In this document: positions 41,812-54,804 of the stretch, piece after piece
Layout of the letters: each line of letters starts with the position of its first letter
Position numbering within the stretch: the stretch's first letter is position 1
Assembly (NCBI RefSeq): GCF_009914755.1
Contig: NC_060933.1
Length of the DNA: 64,000 nt
Reading direction: 5' to 3' (one strand)
Source of the DNA: the human T2T-CHM13v2.0 reference genome, Homo sapiens
Program-made: the position numbers and the translations under genes
Notes under the pieces: generated by a model
Seen by the model: only the letters and a program-made list of their open reading frames with translations
What the model was told of the DNA's origin: nothing
Database searches by the model: none

Positions 41812-43098
41812 GCAGATTCGTGTCATTACAAGGATAATCTGGGAATATATTTTTAAAAAAACCCTCCCTTTTATATACACAAAACATGCTACATGGTACA
41901 CTTTGTGAGAAATGCTGAGGTAATAGGCACACACCCAGACATGGACAGTACCAAACATCCAACATCTCACACAGCCTGGCCCACGTGCCCACCGGGAAGG
42001 GTCTCACCTTCTTGACTCATCCCTTGCCCCTTCTTGGCAATAGTTCCGGGAGTGCTGAGGCTGACACTTGGTGGCCAACAGGACTCAGAAAGCCACCATG
42101 CTGCAGTGCATCAACCAAGGGGTCCGGTGACCCCTGATTATTCAACTCCTGAGAAGTGGCCTGTTTTCATTTTTGTGGCACTTGTTCTCCAGGGAAGTGT
42201 AGTTTGGAGATGAGATGCGGACTCTAGTCAGCCTGAGAGCGTGGAATCTCTGGTCTGTAGCCATCTGGGGGCTCTGATGATCTGATGACTTCTGTTCTGA
42301 GATAATTCTCCTGGCCAGATAGGTTATTATTTGTGTGAAGACTCAAATGACCTGTAGGTTAAAGTATGAATGGAAGATACAAAACTGCGAGTACATTATC
42401 TATACGGCCGGTGGAGCTTTTGGCCTGGCCTTCCCTTCCCAACCAGAAACCTGGAGCCCGGAGTGTTTCCTACTCAGAAGCTGAGGAATCTCGCCTGGAA
42501 AGAAGGGGCTGTGCGACAGAAAAGGCAAGGAGTAGGTAGGCGAGGAGTACAGCAGAGCGGAAAGGGGGCCTTGAACTGCAGTGAGTGGCCAGGGACTGAC
42601 ACACAGAAGGCACTTAATGAATGGTGTCAAATGAAGGGATAAGTGGGTGATGGATGGTGAAAAGTCCTGAGAATGGGGAAAAGTATGAAAATGTGGGGGG
42701 AGGGATTTTGAAATTTGATTAGGTGCCAAAAGGGGTTCTTAAGAAGCTGGGAACCTCTATGTGAGAGATTAGCATTGTAGACATTCTGGAAGAATCCAGG
42801 CACACAGATGCCAAGGGTGATCCTTTCAGTTGAGACCACACAGTCTGTGATCTACCCTTAGACTCAAGTAATACAACACTAATGAAATGCTTTTCTCCTA
42901 AGAGCAAAGCTGCTGGTGACAGCTTCAACATCTGAGAACTGAATATATGTGTATTTAGGTATCTAAGGCAAACCTATATATGGATCTAGATATATCACAT
43001 GTGATGTATATCTAAATGCATATATATGTGGTATACACATACGTGCACAAGGGAGGCTCATACACATGTATATTATGAAGGTACTTTGCAGTTGTGTT

Positions 43099-43122
43099 TT
43101 TATTGTAGAGACTTAATTTATT
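43099..43122 (-). terminator. ANGPTL2: Two closely spaced proximal AATAAA signals in the ANGPTL2 3'UTR
   Basis: tttatt at 43117-43122 and 43099-43104; followed on the minus strand by GT-rich sequence (ACATGTGTATG, GTATGTGTATA). Confidence 0.6.
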
Positions 43123-43382
43123 TAAAGAAAGAGTTGTCTGTAGTCCTGTCCTGTCCTGGAGACATGAGGGGCTGTCTGGTGTGAAGGAAAGTAGGAGGGA
43201 CAGAAAACACCGTATCGATTCAGTTCCATCATCCGCTGCAGTGACTTCGGAAAACAGAATCCAGCATCCCGGTCCTCCCAGCCTCAGGATGAACTGGTGA
43301 GGAGTTGTTCTTTGTGCTGTGGCCAGCGTGACCAGGGTGGGCTCCTGGCAATGGCCACGAGAGGTCAGGAGGGGGAGCTGGC

Positions 43383-43582
43383 TTAGTGGAAGGTGTTGGG
43401 GTTCGGTCGGATCATCATCACCACTTTCTTGAGTGAGTAAGAGCCTCCTCGGAACTCAGCCCAGTAGACTCCGTCCTGGTAGCGGCTCCGGTAATGGCCC
43501 CCGCGGTACCAGACCCCGTTGAGGTTGGAGTGGGCACAGGCGTTATACCACCAGCCTCCCTTCTGGTAGTGGGCACAGTTTC
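43383..43582 (-). CDS. ANGPTL2: ANGPTL2 last coding exon ([26 protein letters not shown]...PNPNTFH*)
   Basis: Acceptor ctctcttgcag|GA; TAA at 43385-43383; 200 nt. Exon sum 817+194+271+200 = 1482 nt = 493 aa + stop with consistent phases. Not in the ORF track. Confidence 0.98.
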
Positions 43583-46113
43583 CTGCAAGAGAGAAGGCAG
43601 TGAGAGGGTGTCTGGGAGGAGGCCATTCTACTTGCGTCCATAGTGCTCAGGGCTTTCGGCAAAGCCCTCTCTGGGAGGCATCTGGAGCAAGAACGCTTGA
43701 AAGGTGGACCCGTCTCCATGGGTGGTGAGAGGCCATGCTTCAGGCCCGCCTTTGAGGCTCAGCTTTGTAACTAACTAGCTGTGTGATCTCAGACAAGTGA
43801 CTTGACCTCTCCCAGCCACTGTATCCTCATCTGTAAAATGAGAATAAAAATGACGCCTGCCGCACAGGGCGGCTCTGAGGATTGAATGAGGATGCGTACT
43901 TGACACCTAGCCCAGGGCTGGGTGCAAAGGAGGCCCCAAGGGAACTCCACACCTTGTGTTCTGATAGGAAATGGAGATGGCCTGAGGTGGGCGGGGAGGG
44001 AGAAAAGCTTTTTCTTAGGAATTTTTGAGTTGAAACTGTTGGATCAGGAGTCTTTAAAGAATGACAAAGAAAGTGTTTAAGAAGAAATGCTCCTCCAGTC
44101 CTCCCCAGCTTGTATTCCATCCAAACAATTTTTTGTATTACTTCACAAAGGAAAGATATTTCCATAAAACTCTTGGCATTATCACATCATGCTGAATTTT
44201 GCTGCCAAGGACAAGCAGTTCAGAACAACAGTAAAAACTGTGGGAAGGTGTGCGCGGGCATGCAGGGGCAGTGCACTCTGTGGCAGGAGGACAGGGGGCC
44301 ACTATCTGCCAGCATTGCTCTTAGTGAAGGGGGGTCCCCACTTTCCTGACTGGGCCTGGCAAGGGGACCCCGTACTCAGGGGAGGGGCTGCTCCAGTCAG
44401 AATTGTGGGTTGGAGGGCCCAACAGAGCAGGTGGCCGAGGCCGTGGGATGAGGTGAGGAGGTCGCACTCAGTCTGAGGCAGAAAGCAAGAGGGGAGGTGG
44501 AGCCAGGTTTTCCCAGAGTTTTTCTGGGGGTCCCTCTGGGCCATGATTCCAGGCCACAGGGACCAAGTGGCAGTGTTGGACTGGTATAGCAGGGAGATCC
44601 TTGGGCACGCCATAACCAGCCTCCTCTTTGCCAGCGGAGGTCCCACACACCTCCAGGGACAAGGACCTTGCCAGCTACTGATTTTGCTGCTGGCTAGATC
44701 TGAGTTTGGATCATAGAATACACTTTCCGCTCCCTAAGGAGGTGGCCCTCCAGAAAGGCTGTAGCAGCCCCTGTGTCCCAGGGTCTGACCAGCTCTGAAG
44801 GTTATCCTTCTGCCCTGCTCTTCTAGAAGCCTCGGCAGCCCCTACTGCTTCAGAATGAGGGCCTGTTCCTCTTCCAGGGCCCCTTCGGGCCAGGCCAGTT
44901 CAGTGTCAGTGGGCGGACAGAGGTGTCTGTGTGATACAGGGATGGGCAGGTCATGTCCCTCCTGTCCCCTGATGTTGGGAGAATTACCCTTCAGAATGTG
45001 GCTGCTATGGGGACCTGGCATGAGGATCCCCTCCACCTTAGTATGTAGGTTCCAGGGCCTGCCTGAAGTACAGGCCATTTGTAGGACAGTCTTGAGAGCT
45101 CGCTTCTCAAGTGGGAGGGAGTAGCCTTCTGACCAAGACCACATAGGAAATGGAGGCAGGAGGGGACTGGGTTTGCCCTTGAGAGCAGACAGCCTGAGCC
45201 TGGAGGCAGCATCGGCCGTCAGGTGGTGCCAGCCTCAGGGAGGAGCATGGCAGACTGAGAGGCCTTCATCTCAAGAAACTGGGTGTTGGCCCTGGGGAGG
45301 CATTAACTGTGTGGGAGGCTGATATCTGGACTCAGGGCCAGACCATATCTCTGTTTCTTCTGATTTTCTGTTTTTTTCTCTTGTTTTTTGTTTAATAAAG
45401 ACTTCTTAGTAAAGACCTAGATTTGAAGCATGTGATCTTAGACAAATCACTTTCTCTCTCCTATCTGCTTTCCTCTTAATAGCTTCCTCTCAGCACTGCA
45501 CTAGCATTACATGCAGTAACAGTGACCATGAAGAAAGCCAGTTTGTATGGAGCCCTCGCTATGTGCCAAATCCTAGACAAAGCACTTTAGGTACATTCTC
45601 TCTACCCTTCTCCCTACTCTGCAATGTAGTTCTTGTCCTTACTTCCAGATGCAGAAACTGAGACCCACGGAGATTTAGCAGTATGCCCAAGGACACATGG
45701 CTGGTAGGAGGTGGGGCCAGCACTGGAGCCCAGGTGTGTGGCCCAGAGCCTACGCAGTTGGTTAGCTCTATACCAGGTGCCTGGGACAGAAGTGGTGAGG
45801 CCACAGCCCAACACATGTCTTTCTGCATTGGCCCCAGCTGGCCCTGGTACGTGTGATTTGTATACCTCTTTATGTCTCGCCCCATCCCATTTTTTTTTTC
45901 TTAATTTGTAAATGCCACTGTGACCCAGCTTTGTGAAGGGGACCTGTGGGCAGGAGAAGGGACCCTCAGGGGGTGGTAACAGGGTCAGGCAGCTTGGCCC
46001 AGCTGCTTCTCACCCTGGGATCTTCCCGTTTCCAAGCCCTGGAGTCAGGGGCTCTGGCTCTGGTTGACCTCTTTTCCCTACCCTGCACCTGGGTTTGACT
46101 CCACTTTTCCTAC

Positions 46114-46384
46114 CTGTGTAGACATCATGATCTCTGTCCAGGGTGGTGAACTGCTTGCCGTTGTGCCATGTAAAGGAGTCACCCGCATTGCCATGGTAGC
46201 GCCCCAGCCGCAGCTTATAATACTCGCTCTCAGGTTCCAGGCGGAAACTGGCGTATTCTGCAAAGACTTTGCGGCCGGACCAGTCCTCCATGGTCACCAG
46301 GAGTTTGTAGTTGCCTTGGTTCGTCAGCCAGTAAATGTTCTCCAGGCCCAGCCAGTATTCGCCATCAATGTTCCCAAACCCTTG
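46114..46384 (-). CDS. ANGPTL2: ANGPTL2 coding exon, fibrinogen-like domain (QGFGNIDGEYWLGLENIY...FTTLDRDHDVYT)
   Basis: Acceptor ttttccccag|CAA and donor ACAG|gtagga; 271 nt; GFG---GEYWLG and F-T-D-D-D motifs. Confidence 0.98.
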
Positions 46385-46979
46385 CTGGGGAAAACCCAGG
46401 AGAGTGTTAATGTGGAGCCTGCAGCACCTGCAGCCAGCAGGCTTGGCTGTCAGACACTCAGCCCTGGATAGAGGGGCCTGGGAAACAAGCAGAGCATGAA
46501 GCAGACCTGGTTCAGACCCCTACTCCACCTCTTAATCTCTCCATGACTCACACATTATTCAAAAATATGTAGAGTGCCTACCCTGTGCCAGGCATCATGT
46601 GAACCCCAGATTCCTTGTTCTTACATCAGGGAGGCTATATTACCTTCCCCACAGGCTTGCTGCAGGAACACGTGTGCTGTGGCAGGTGGAGGGCCTGGCA
46701 CTAAGTAGGCACGCAGCAGGCATTCCTCAGACAAATCTCTGACCTTCACTGAGCTTCACCTCCTTCTCTGGAGATGAGCTGTGTGTGAGGGTCACGTGTA
46801 AGCTGTAACGCACCAGACGGGTGTGAGCTGTGACGCATGTGTCCCATCCACCGGCGCTCCCCTCTAGGTCTAAAACCCAGTGGTTTTGTGGTTATTGTTT
46901 TTTTTTGCATGTGGTTTTGGGGTCAGCAGCTGAGTTATGGCCACTAAAGTCTTGGGAATCGGTGATTCATTAATACAAT

Positions 46980-47200
46980 AATTATTTAGTATTGAGCGCT
47001 TGTGATGTGCTGGCACTGTTTTAAGAACTTTACATAGGTTGTTTTACTAATCCTCATGTCAACTCGAAGAACTAAGTGCTATCATTATCCTCCCTAGTAT
47101 GGATGAACTGAGGCCCAGAGAGGCTCAGGGTCTCAGAATGCCTGAGGGTGAACCAGGATTTGAACCAAGAACCCAGTCTTAATCATTGCACTGTATTGCC
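46980..47200 (-). mobile_element. MIR (one of many; others near 11440, 14800, 29100, 37050, 43760, 45550, 47400, 52260, 60400, 60900)
   Basis: tattgagcgcttg..tgtgctggcactgttttaag..gatgaactgaggcccagagagg..ccaggatttgaacc. Confidence 0.75.
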
Positions 47201-48176
47201 TCTAAGAAAGGAGGAGTCTCCCGCTCCTAATGTAGGTGGAAGAGGAGAAAAAAGCAGAGACACAGGCTGGTCAGGAGGTGGGGTGGGGGACAACCAGGAC
47301 AGGAGACTCAAGAAGGGGCATGGCAGAGCCATGTGTGCAAGGCATCATGGCTTCAGGTAGTTTGTGAGCTTCAGTGTCAGAGGCCTCAGCTGCAGTCACT
47401 ACTGGGCCAATTCCTGGCTTTGCAACCCTGAGCAAATTACTCCACACTTTCATCTGTAAGCTGGGTCCATAACAGAACCTCCCTCAGGAGGTTGATACGA
47501 GATTAAACAAAATAATGCACGAAAGCCCTTAGCATGGTGCTGGCACGGGTTGGGCACTCAGCAAACAGAGCCACTCTTGCCTTCCTTAGTACTACCTCTG
47601 TTTAGAGGGGGAAGAACGATGTATGACTGAGTCCTGGCAACTTTCCCTGCTACACAGATGAGCATTTCAACTCCCTGGGAACCAGGGAGCCCAGAGGATG
47701 AGCCTGGAATTAGGACTTGAGCATTGCCACAACTCCCTACCAGGACTTTTTGGGGGATTCTCCCAGGAACTGGGAGCCTCTTGGGACTTGCGCCTTCTGG
47801 GCTTTGAGAGCGGGTCTTTCCCCATGGAAACCCCACTTGGGAGTGAAATGCTCCTCACCCCTGGGCCCCCATACCAGCGTTTCTAAACTCTCACCCTGTC
47901 CTGTGGGGCTGTGGTGGTCTGGTCTACTGACTCTTGTCCTGCAGCAGTTTCTAGCAGCAGGCAGAGGAGGCGCTGGTCCTCACTACCCCTGGTGGGTTTG
48001 CAAAATGGCCCTGTCTGCATCCTTCTCGCCTCAGGTATATGTGTTGTTGGGGCCGCACAGGCCTGGGCTTGGTCAGCATGTACCTCTGAGTGGGCTCTTC
48101 TATTGGTTGCTCAGGCCTCTCTTGGGGTGGGCCAGTCACCTTGTGGGCAGCACAGACATCCCCTGCCGAGTCTCAC

Positions 48177-48370
48177 CTTGTACGTCTCCCAGTTCCTGAA
48201 GAAGTTAACAGAGCCATCCAGGCGTCTCTGGATGACGGTCCAGCCCCCGGGGTCGTGTCTCTGGTCGCACCACACCTGCATGAGGCGGTTGGTGTTCTCC
48301 GGCTTCACCAGGTAGATGGAGCTGGTGTCGTGGCCATCCTCCAGGGCCTGCAGGCAGTCTCTCCATGGGC
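48177..48370 (-). CDS. ANGPTL2: ANGPTL2 coding exon, start of fibrinogen-like domain (GPWRDCLQAL...GGWTVIQRRLDGSVNFFRNWETYK)
   Basis: Acceptor gtgtccccag|GC and donor AAG|gtgaga; 194 nt; fibrinogen C-terminal signature GGWTVIQRR-DGS-NF-R-W--YK. Confidence 0.98.
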
Positions 48371-49560
48371 CTGGGGACACAGACATGCATATACATCACA
48401 GACCTGCCTGTCACCAGGCCGCACCCCCAGCTGCACCCCAAGCAGGCACAACCTCTGTTGAGGCTCCAGCTGGGAGCCACAGGCCCACGGTCTGAGGTAA
48501 CCAATTTTTGTTTTGCGAGTTTAATAAGTAATTATAAAGACAAGAGCCTCGGACCAGGGGTCAGGATGCCCATACTCCAAGCTCACTTTCTCCTCTCACC
48601 CGCCTCACAGTTTGACTTTTGGCAGACTTCTTCATTCTCCCAGCCCCCAGTTTCTTCTGATTGTAGAAGGAAGATCAGATTTCCCTCATATAGTGTTGTC
48701 AGGATTACTGAGATCATTTGGGGGAAGTTGCTGGAGTGATCTTTTTCGTGTTCATTATATTAGGAAAAAGAGATGTGGACCTACTAAACGTGGCAACATC
48801 AGTCAGTGCCTGCAGGCTCTGATGGCTTTGCTTCTGCAAGGAAACTCAGTTCCACTGGATTACTGTTTCTGGGGGCCAAGTACAGTTGGCACCCTTCAAT
48901 TCTGACTCCACGTCTGCCCTTCCAGTGACAGTGCTTCGTGATGACTGCTGCAGCTTTTACTAAATGAACTTCCACAGTCACAGGGGCCTAGGCCATGCCC
49001 AGAATTTGGCCATGTAGCCAGAGACTTTGGGATATTTCTGCAATTCATTCACTGCTCTTCAAGTGTGTTTTTAGGGGGCCAGGTTCCCTTTCAGCTGAAT
49101 CTGTGTGTTTTCCAAAGGAAGCTCAGTGAGGGCCAGATGCTTGGCACTCACGCATTCTGAGGTCCTCCTTGCAGGCTCATAAACTTAAAGGATGATGTCC
49201 AGGATACAGCCCAATCCATGGCTCTCTTCTGAAACTGAGACCAGAGGGTTCTGTGATTCTTTGTGACTGCACTGAGCTTGGGCAGCCCAGTCAGAAGGAA
49301 TGGGTGTTATACCACTGGTCTTTTAGCCCTCCCCACCCCTGCCCATCAACTCTGCCCTCCCCAGGCAGTTTCTTATGTTCCATTGTTGGTCACATCAGCA
49401 AGAAGGTACAAACTTGAGTCACCAAGGGTCTGGACAGGCTGGGGCCTTTCTCATTGATCTGAGGAAGCTTTAGAAGGTCAAGGCCTAGCCATTCAGATGA
49501 AAATGGCTGAAAGAAAGAAAATCACATTTTGCTTCAGTCTCTTCAAAATATTCCTCATAG

Positions 49561-49885
<325 letters not shown>

Positions 49886-51085
49886 TTAAGGACAAAAGTG
49901 CTAAGAAAGTACCATTGTATGTTTTCTATCAATTTGTATGTTTATTCAACAACTGTGTATTGAGTCCCAGCCTCTGCAGATGCGGTGCTGGGCAGCGGAA
50001 GCTCAGGGCAGGGTGGGGCCGCTCTGACGCCCTGCAAGGGAGGAGCTGACCTCACTACCTCCTCCCCACTTGAATTCCTGTAGACTCCTGTCCTTTCTCT
50101 TTCTGTGTGAGTTGAAGGGAGGTGCCCATCAGTGACAGGTATACTCAGCTTTTCTGGTACAGGTCACACTTCTCAGATTCCTTCCTGGCTGGTGTTTGGG
50201 CTCAACTAGTTCACACGTAATAGTTATAAACCAGAAAGATTTAGGTTTCTGGTCTCTGTTAGACATCTCAGGTGGGCTGTTCCTGAGGAAGAAGCCTTGT
50301 GTTTGAGCATTCATCCACCTAGAACCTGACGGGAAGGCAGGGGCTGTCTTGCTCATTCCTTGCTTCCCACTGCCCAGTATTGCCCCGATAAGAAAGATTG
50401 GTTTGGGTGCTGACACTTAACTCAGGGGCTTCTCCCTTCATCTTCTGGGGAGGAAGGATCTTCTCACCCATTTACCTTTTTGCCAGGCCTCTTCTCTAAG
50501 GGATGGGGCAGGACCCAATGCTCCCCACCCCAGGGTAGCAGATGGGGCACAAGCAGCTGCTTCCTTTGCCAGTGCCACTTCCTGCCTTTCCCCCACCACT
50601 CCCTCAGTATCCTTCCCAGGGAAGGGGAGGCTAGACCTCCAGAAAGAGCATTTGTGAAGGAGAAAAAGGTTTTGGTTGTGTTCAGCTGAAGCCCCAGGGA
50701 TGGAGGCAGAGAATGGGAGTCTGTCCCCAACAGCTGGAGCAGAGCGCCGGTGGGCGTGGGAGGCCTCCCAGCTCCTTACCAAGTCAGCAGCACAGGAGAG
50801 GCCGTTCGATGTGAATGCTGGTGACGGAAGATCCGGCAGAAGCCTGCAAAATAACGCCCACTGAGAGCGAGCAGCCCAGCCTCTTACTGCACAGCTGCCA
50901 GGACTGCTGCAGAATTGTCAGAGGTAAAGGCTGCCTTTGAAGGAGGCGCCACGTAGGGAGAGGCTGTGGAGGCTGCTGGGAGAGTGGCAGTTGGCCTCGT
51001 GGCTCCAGCTGGGGCTGCCTTTGTGGGCGCCATGAATGATCTCAGTTTTACCTTTGGCATTTCCACCAAGGGCTCTTTTTAAAGG

Positions 51086-51240
51086 CAAGTGTTTTTAAAT
51101 GTTTTGGGGCTACTAGTCCCTTTAAGAATTTGGGGATGGTTCTAGATCCTTTATTCAGAAAAATGCACAGACTCACACAATTCTGTATACAGTTTCAGAA
51201 GGTAATGGATTCCCAAAGTCCCAGGTTATAAACTCCTTGC
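51086..51240 (+). mobile_element. hAT-Charlie MITE (MER103-like)
   Basis: ccctttaagaatttg..cagaaaaatgcaca..tacagtttcagaagg..cccaggttataaactcc. Confidence 0.6.
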
Positions 51241-54200
51241 TCTAAGAGTAGTGACTGAAGTAGTAATAATAATAGCCAGTGTGTACTGAGCATTTCCTAT
51301 GGTCCTAGCCACGTATTTCCACAGGTGACCCTCCTGACACTCCTGTGAGGTAGGAAAGCAGACCCTGTGGTCATTAGAGGAGCCCCTCAAGGTTACCTGG
51401 TGGGTAAAGGACACAGCAGGTGTATGCACCCAGGGGGTGTGCAGAGCTCACACACTACTTCTTTTCCCCCAACCAGAACGAACTCAAGAATGAGGGATCC
51501 ATGCTGACTTAGCTCTGTGTCCTTAGAACTAATGTTAATCTTTGCCAGTCAGCCAGCGAAAAAAATAAAACATAAAAATTTACAGTTCTTTGTCGAGGTG
51601 TAAAACTTTTAAAAATCTTTAATGATTTTTTTCTTCCGTATTTACCTTTTGGTGTTCTTTGCCCATTTTTCAACGATTGTAGTGTCTGTTATGATGTAGA
51701 AGAAGTTTTTCTTTTTTTAAAAAAGGCAAACGGGGTAATTCTTTTAAGGCTTTCTAGAATAATCGAGTAGGTATCAAATTGTGTAGAAATGTTTAGTATT
51801 TTCTGCTGTTACAAAAAATGTGCATATGTGTCTGTACACGGAATTTCACATGACAATCAGGCCCCATTAGCTTCCATCAAAAACACAAATTCAAACACAA
51901 TTTCCCTTAGAACCCTTAGTAGACCTCTGTGAAATCTCCTGCATTCAAACACATTTCCTTTTCACACATTAAAGGCACCAGTGGCAAAGGTCAGAAACAT
52001 CACTGATGGATGAAAATTAGTCAGAAAAAGAGTTAACATTGAAAAATTGTCAGCAGTAAAATTATGTGGCTCCTTTAAAATAGCAGAGACAAAACATCCT
52101 ACTTTGATGAGAAATCCACAACTGTAACATATAAATAATACTGTGAAAAATCTATAGCTGTTCCATATAAATAATGCCCTCGTAGGGGGCCAGGCAAGGG
52201 TCTGGCCTCGATGGAGGAAGACCTGGCTGAGGAAGCGAGGGCTGGAGGGAGACTCCACACTTGGAGTCAGGAGCCCTTGGCTCCAATCTCGATGGCCTCA
52301 CCTATGCACAGTGTGACTTTGGGCAGTGTCCTCATTGAGCCTCAATTTCTTCTTCTGTGAAATGGGAAGAGACCATAGCTATTCTGAGGATGTCATGAAC
52401 CCAAGAGCGGCCAGCATGGGAGCCAGCTGGGGCAGGTGCTCTGTGAAGATTATCCCTTTCTGTTTCCTTTGATAGATGAAAGCTGACATTTTTGAAGTTG
52501 TTCACCCCCCCAACTAATTCCTCCTCCACACACGTTACTATATTTGCTTTTCAATACAAGACTAAATGTAAGATATTTACCAGTAGATGTTTTCCATGTA
52601 TTTTTAAGTCAGAATTTCAGTGGAGAAGGCCACAAAGATATATTGACATGAAGAATGGAAATCTTTTTTGTCAATGAAACTGAGTTTTCAACGTGCAGTG
52701 GGCAAAGCGCTCCCTTTGGACCAGTGCAGAGTACCTAGCGGTGTTTAACTTGGCGCCCCTTCTGAGAGGGCAGCTCTGCCCAGAGCATCAGGCCAACACT
52801 AACTCGGCAGCACCTGGGCTCAGAGTGGAGCGAGTGCTGCGACCTCATCTCTATAAAGACCACATTTACATTCTTGGGGGAGCTGTGGCCAAATGTTCCA
52901 CGTGAAGAGAAATGCAGCCCCGTGGCTGAGCCGAGTCTGTGTGGTTCCCTGAAGAAGCAACAAGGATGGGTAGGCACACAGGGTCTGGGGTCAGGAGGCC
53001 TCCAGAGGAGGGACATCAGCAAGTAGGGGAGTACCAAGTACACAGGTCTCAGCCCGGACCCCACTGCCATACCCTGGTAAGTGTTGGAGGTGATCAGCTT
53101 TGGGTGCTTCCTTCCTCCTCTCTGGGGTTCTTGACAGGGATTAGGCACACAAGGACCATGGCCTCCCAGGAAACCAGGACCCACTTGATTGATGGCTGAT
53201 ACAGTGCTTGCTACTCCCAACACAGGGCCTTTCTGGTCAAGCTGAGTTAGAACCGGCACCTAGGCCAGGCAAGCATAACTTCCTATTTCCAGTTCTCTCT
53301 CTGTGGGTCTGGGGCAGACCAGCATCAGCCTGATTTACCCGTCCAGGCCCTAGTGGAGAAATGGGCTCACAAACTGCATCAGCTCTCAGTGCAGTGCCCC
53401 TCTTACTAGGAAAACATGGCTCCGTGAATATCTGACCTTGAGGCTGGGAGCTAAGCAGTGAGGCCTCCGTGGGCAAGAGGGATGCCTCTTCTCTCTGACG
53501 TGCCTGAGGTGTGGGGGGAGGAGCAGAGTCCTTCCTGCCCACAGCGGGACTGGACCCCATGGCTGGCCAGCAGCCTGACAGTCCTTTTTATCCCCTGAGT
53601 CCAGCCCCAGGTGTCAGAATTTGACCACCTTAGGCCACTCAGAGGACCCTGTGGCCTGTGGGAAATGTTCTGGGGGGCTCTTGGTTCTGGGAAGTTGCTC
53701 CTGTGAATATTTTAGTCCATACGCAGGCACTAGGGAGAGGCTTCTGTGATATCACTAAGTTGCAGTCTGCTTTTCATGAGAACTGTATGCTGTTTTCAGT
53801 TACTCTCACTGATGGTCTGTCTCCAAAAAGTCTTCTTACCACTCCCTGAAACATTTTTCTAACAGGAGAAATGACTAACTGTTGAAATTGGATCTGCAAT
53901 TTCCTACCCAAATTAATGCATCTGAGTGCCACGGCACGTGGCCTGCTTAGGTGAGAGTCCCACCCAGGCCAGCATCAGGACTCACTGGGCACCCCATGAG
54001 GGCAGGAGAACAGACACACAGGGTCGGGGGATGGGGTGTGAGGGGTGGCTACAGTGAGAAGCAGTTATTGGGGGTCTTCGAATCTCATTTATCCAGAGGC
54101 TTGGCAAAATAAGATTCTGGTTATGGATGTATATATATTCTATGTCAATCACTGCTTTTCAGCGAACCAGAGTACAAAACAATAACCTAAACACAGGAAT

Positions 54201-54311
54201 AGCTTGTATGGTCCCAAAGGCATTTCAGTTCCTGCAGAACCTCAGAGTTGATATCACACATGTCATTTCTGATCATTCCAGGGAAAAGGTCCAAATGCTT
54301 GTGCCTGCTTT

Positions 54312-54804
54312 CAGGCCGCTTTAGCCCTCAAACGATGGGCATGGTGCCTGGGGCCAATGAGTGTTTCAGGAGTTGATGAAAATGTTTGAGGCCTAAAAAG
54401 ACTTACTGGCTCTAAAATATGAAAAGAAAACTGCAAAATCAAAATTTATTGTATGTAATTAAATTACTACAAAGTGTGACATCTTGTCAAGTTCATTAAT
54501 TGTTAAATTTTGTCTTCATGAAAATGTTACTACTTTTGAAAACAACTTGTAGGTTAGATTTTTTTCACTTCCCAAGAATTCCTGAATATGCTTGATGTTT
54601 ACTGAGAAATGAGATCCAACCATAAATTAATTGAGTTACTCTTAGCCAAATAATTTTAAAAGCAAAAGTATTAAATCCTTTCAAAATTGTTCCAGTAAAA
54701 ATTCTATTAAATGTGTGAGGTAGGTCATTTCAATGCATGTGATACAGCCTGAGGCCTCTCAAGTAAGAGCTCTTAGGGCCCAGAAAGGGCTTATAAAGGT
54801 CCTG
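54312..54804. mobile_element. hAT-Tip100 type DNA transposon relic (Zaphod-like)
   Basis: Ends caggccgctt / aaggtcctg around an AT-rich core; GC-rich subterminal gcctggggcc and cttagggccc. No clear target duplication. Confidence 0.5.

Larger units (their letters stand above)
41790..43382 (-). other. ANGPTL2: ANGPTL2 3'UTR (long form, about 1.6 kb; 3' end approximate)
   Basis: Runs from the stop codon to a distal AATAAA at 41811-41806; cleavage site inferred roughly 15-25 nt further on. Confidence 0.75.

Noticed and set aside
51540-51990. AT-rich block with apparent short inverted ends (ctttgcca / tggcaaag)
   Set aside because: The minus strand reads like decayed L1ME (aaaaatgggcaaagaac); the inverted match is too short to call a transposon.
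52750-52770. CTCF-like motif (also near 46850 and 53395)
   Set aside because: Only partial matches to the core; cannot be supported without ChIP data.
52735-53259. 174-aa minus-strand ORF in an ANGPTL2 intron
   Set aside because: Non-ATG start, no recognisable domain or splice context; compatible with chance in GC-rich DNA.
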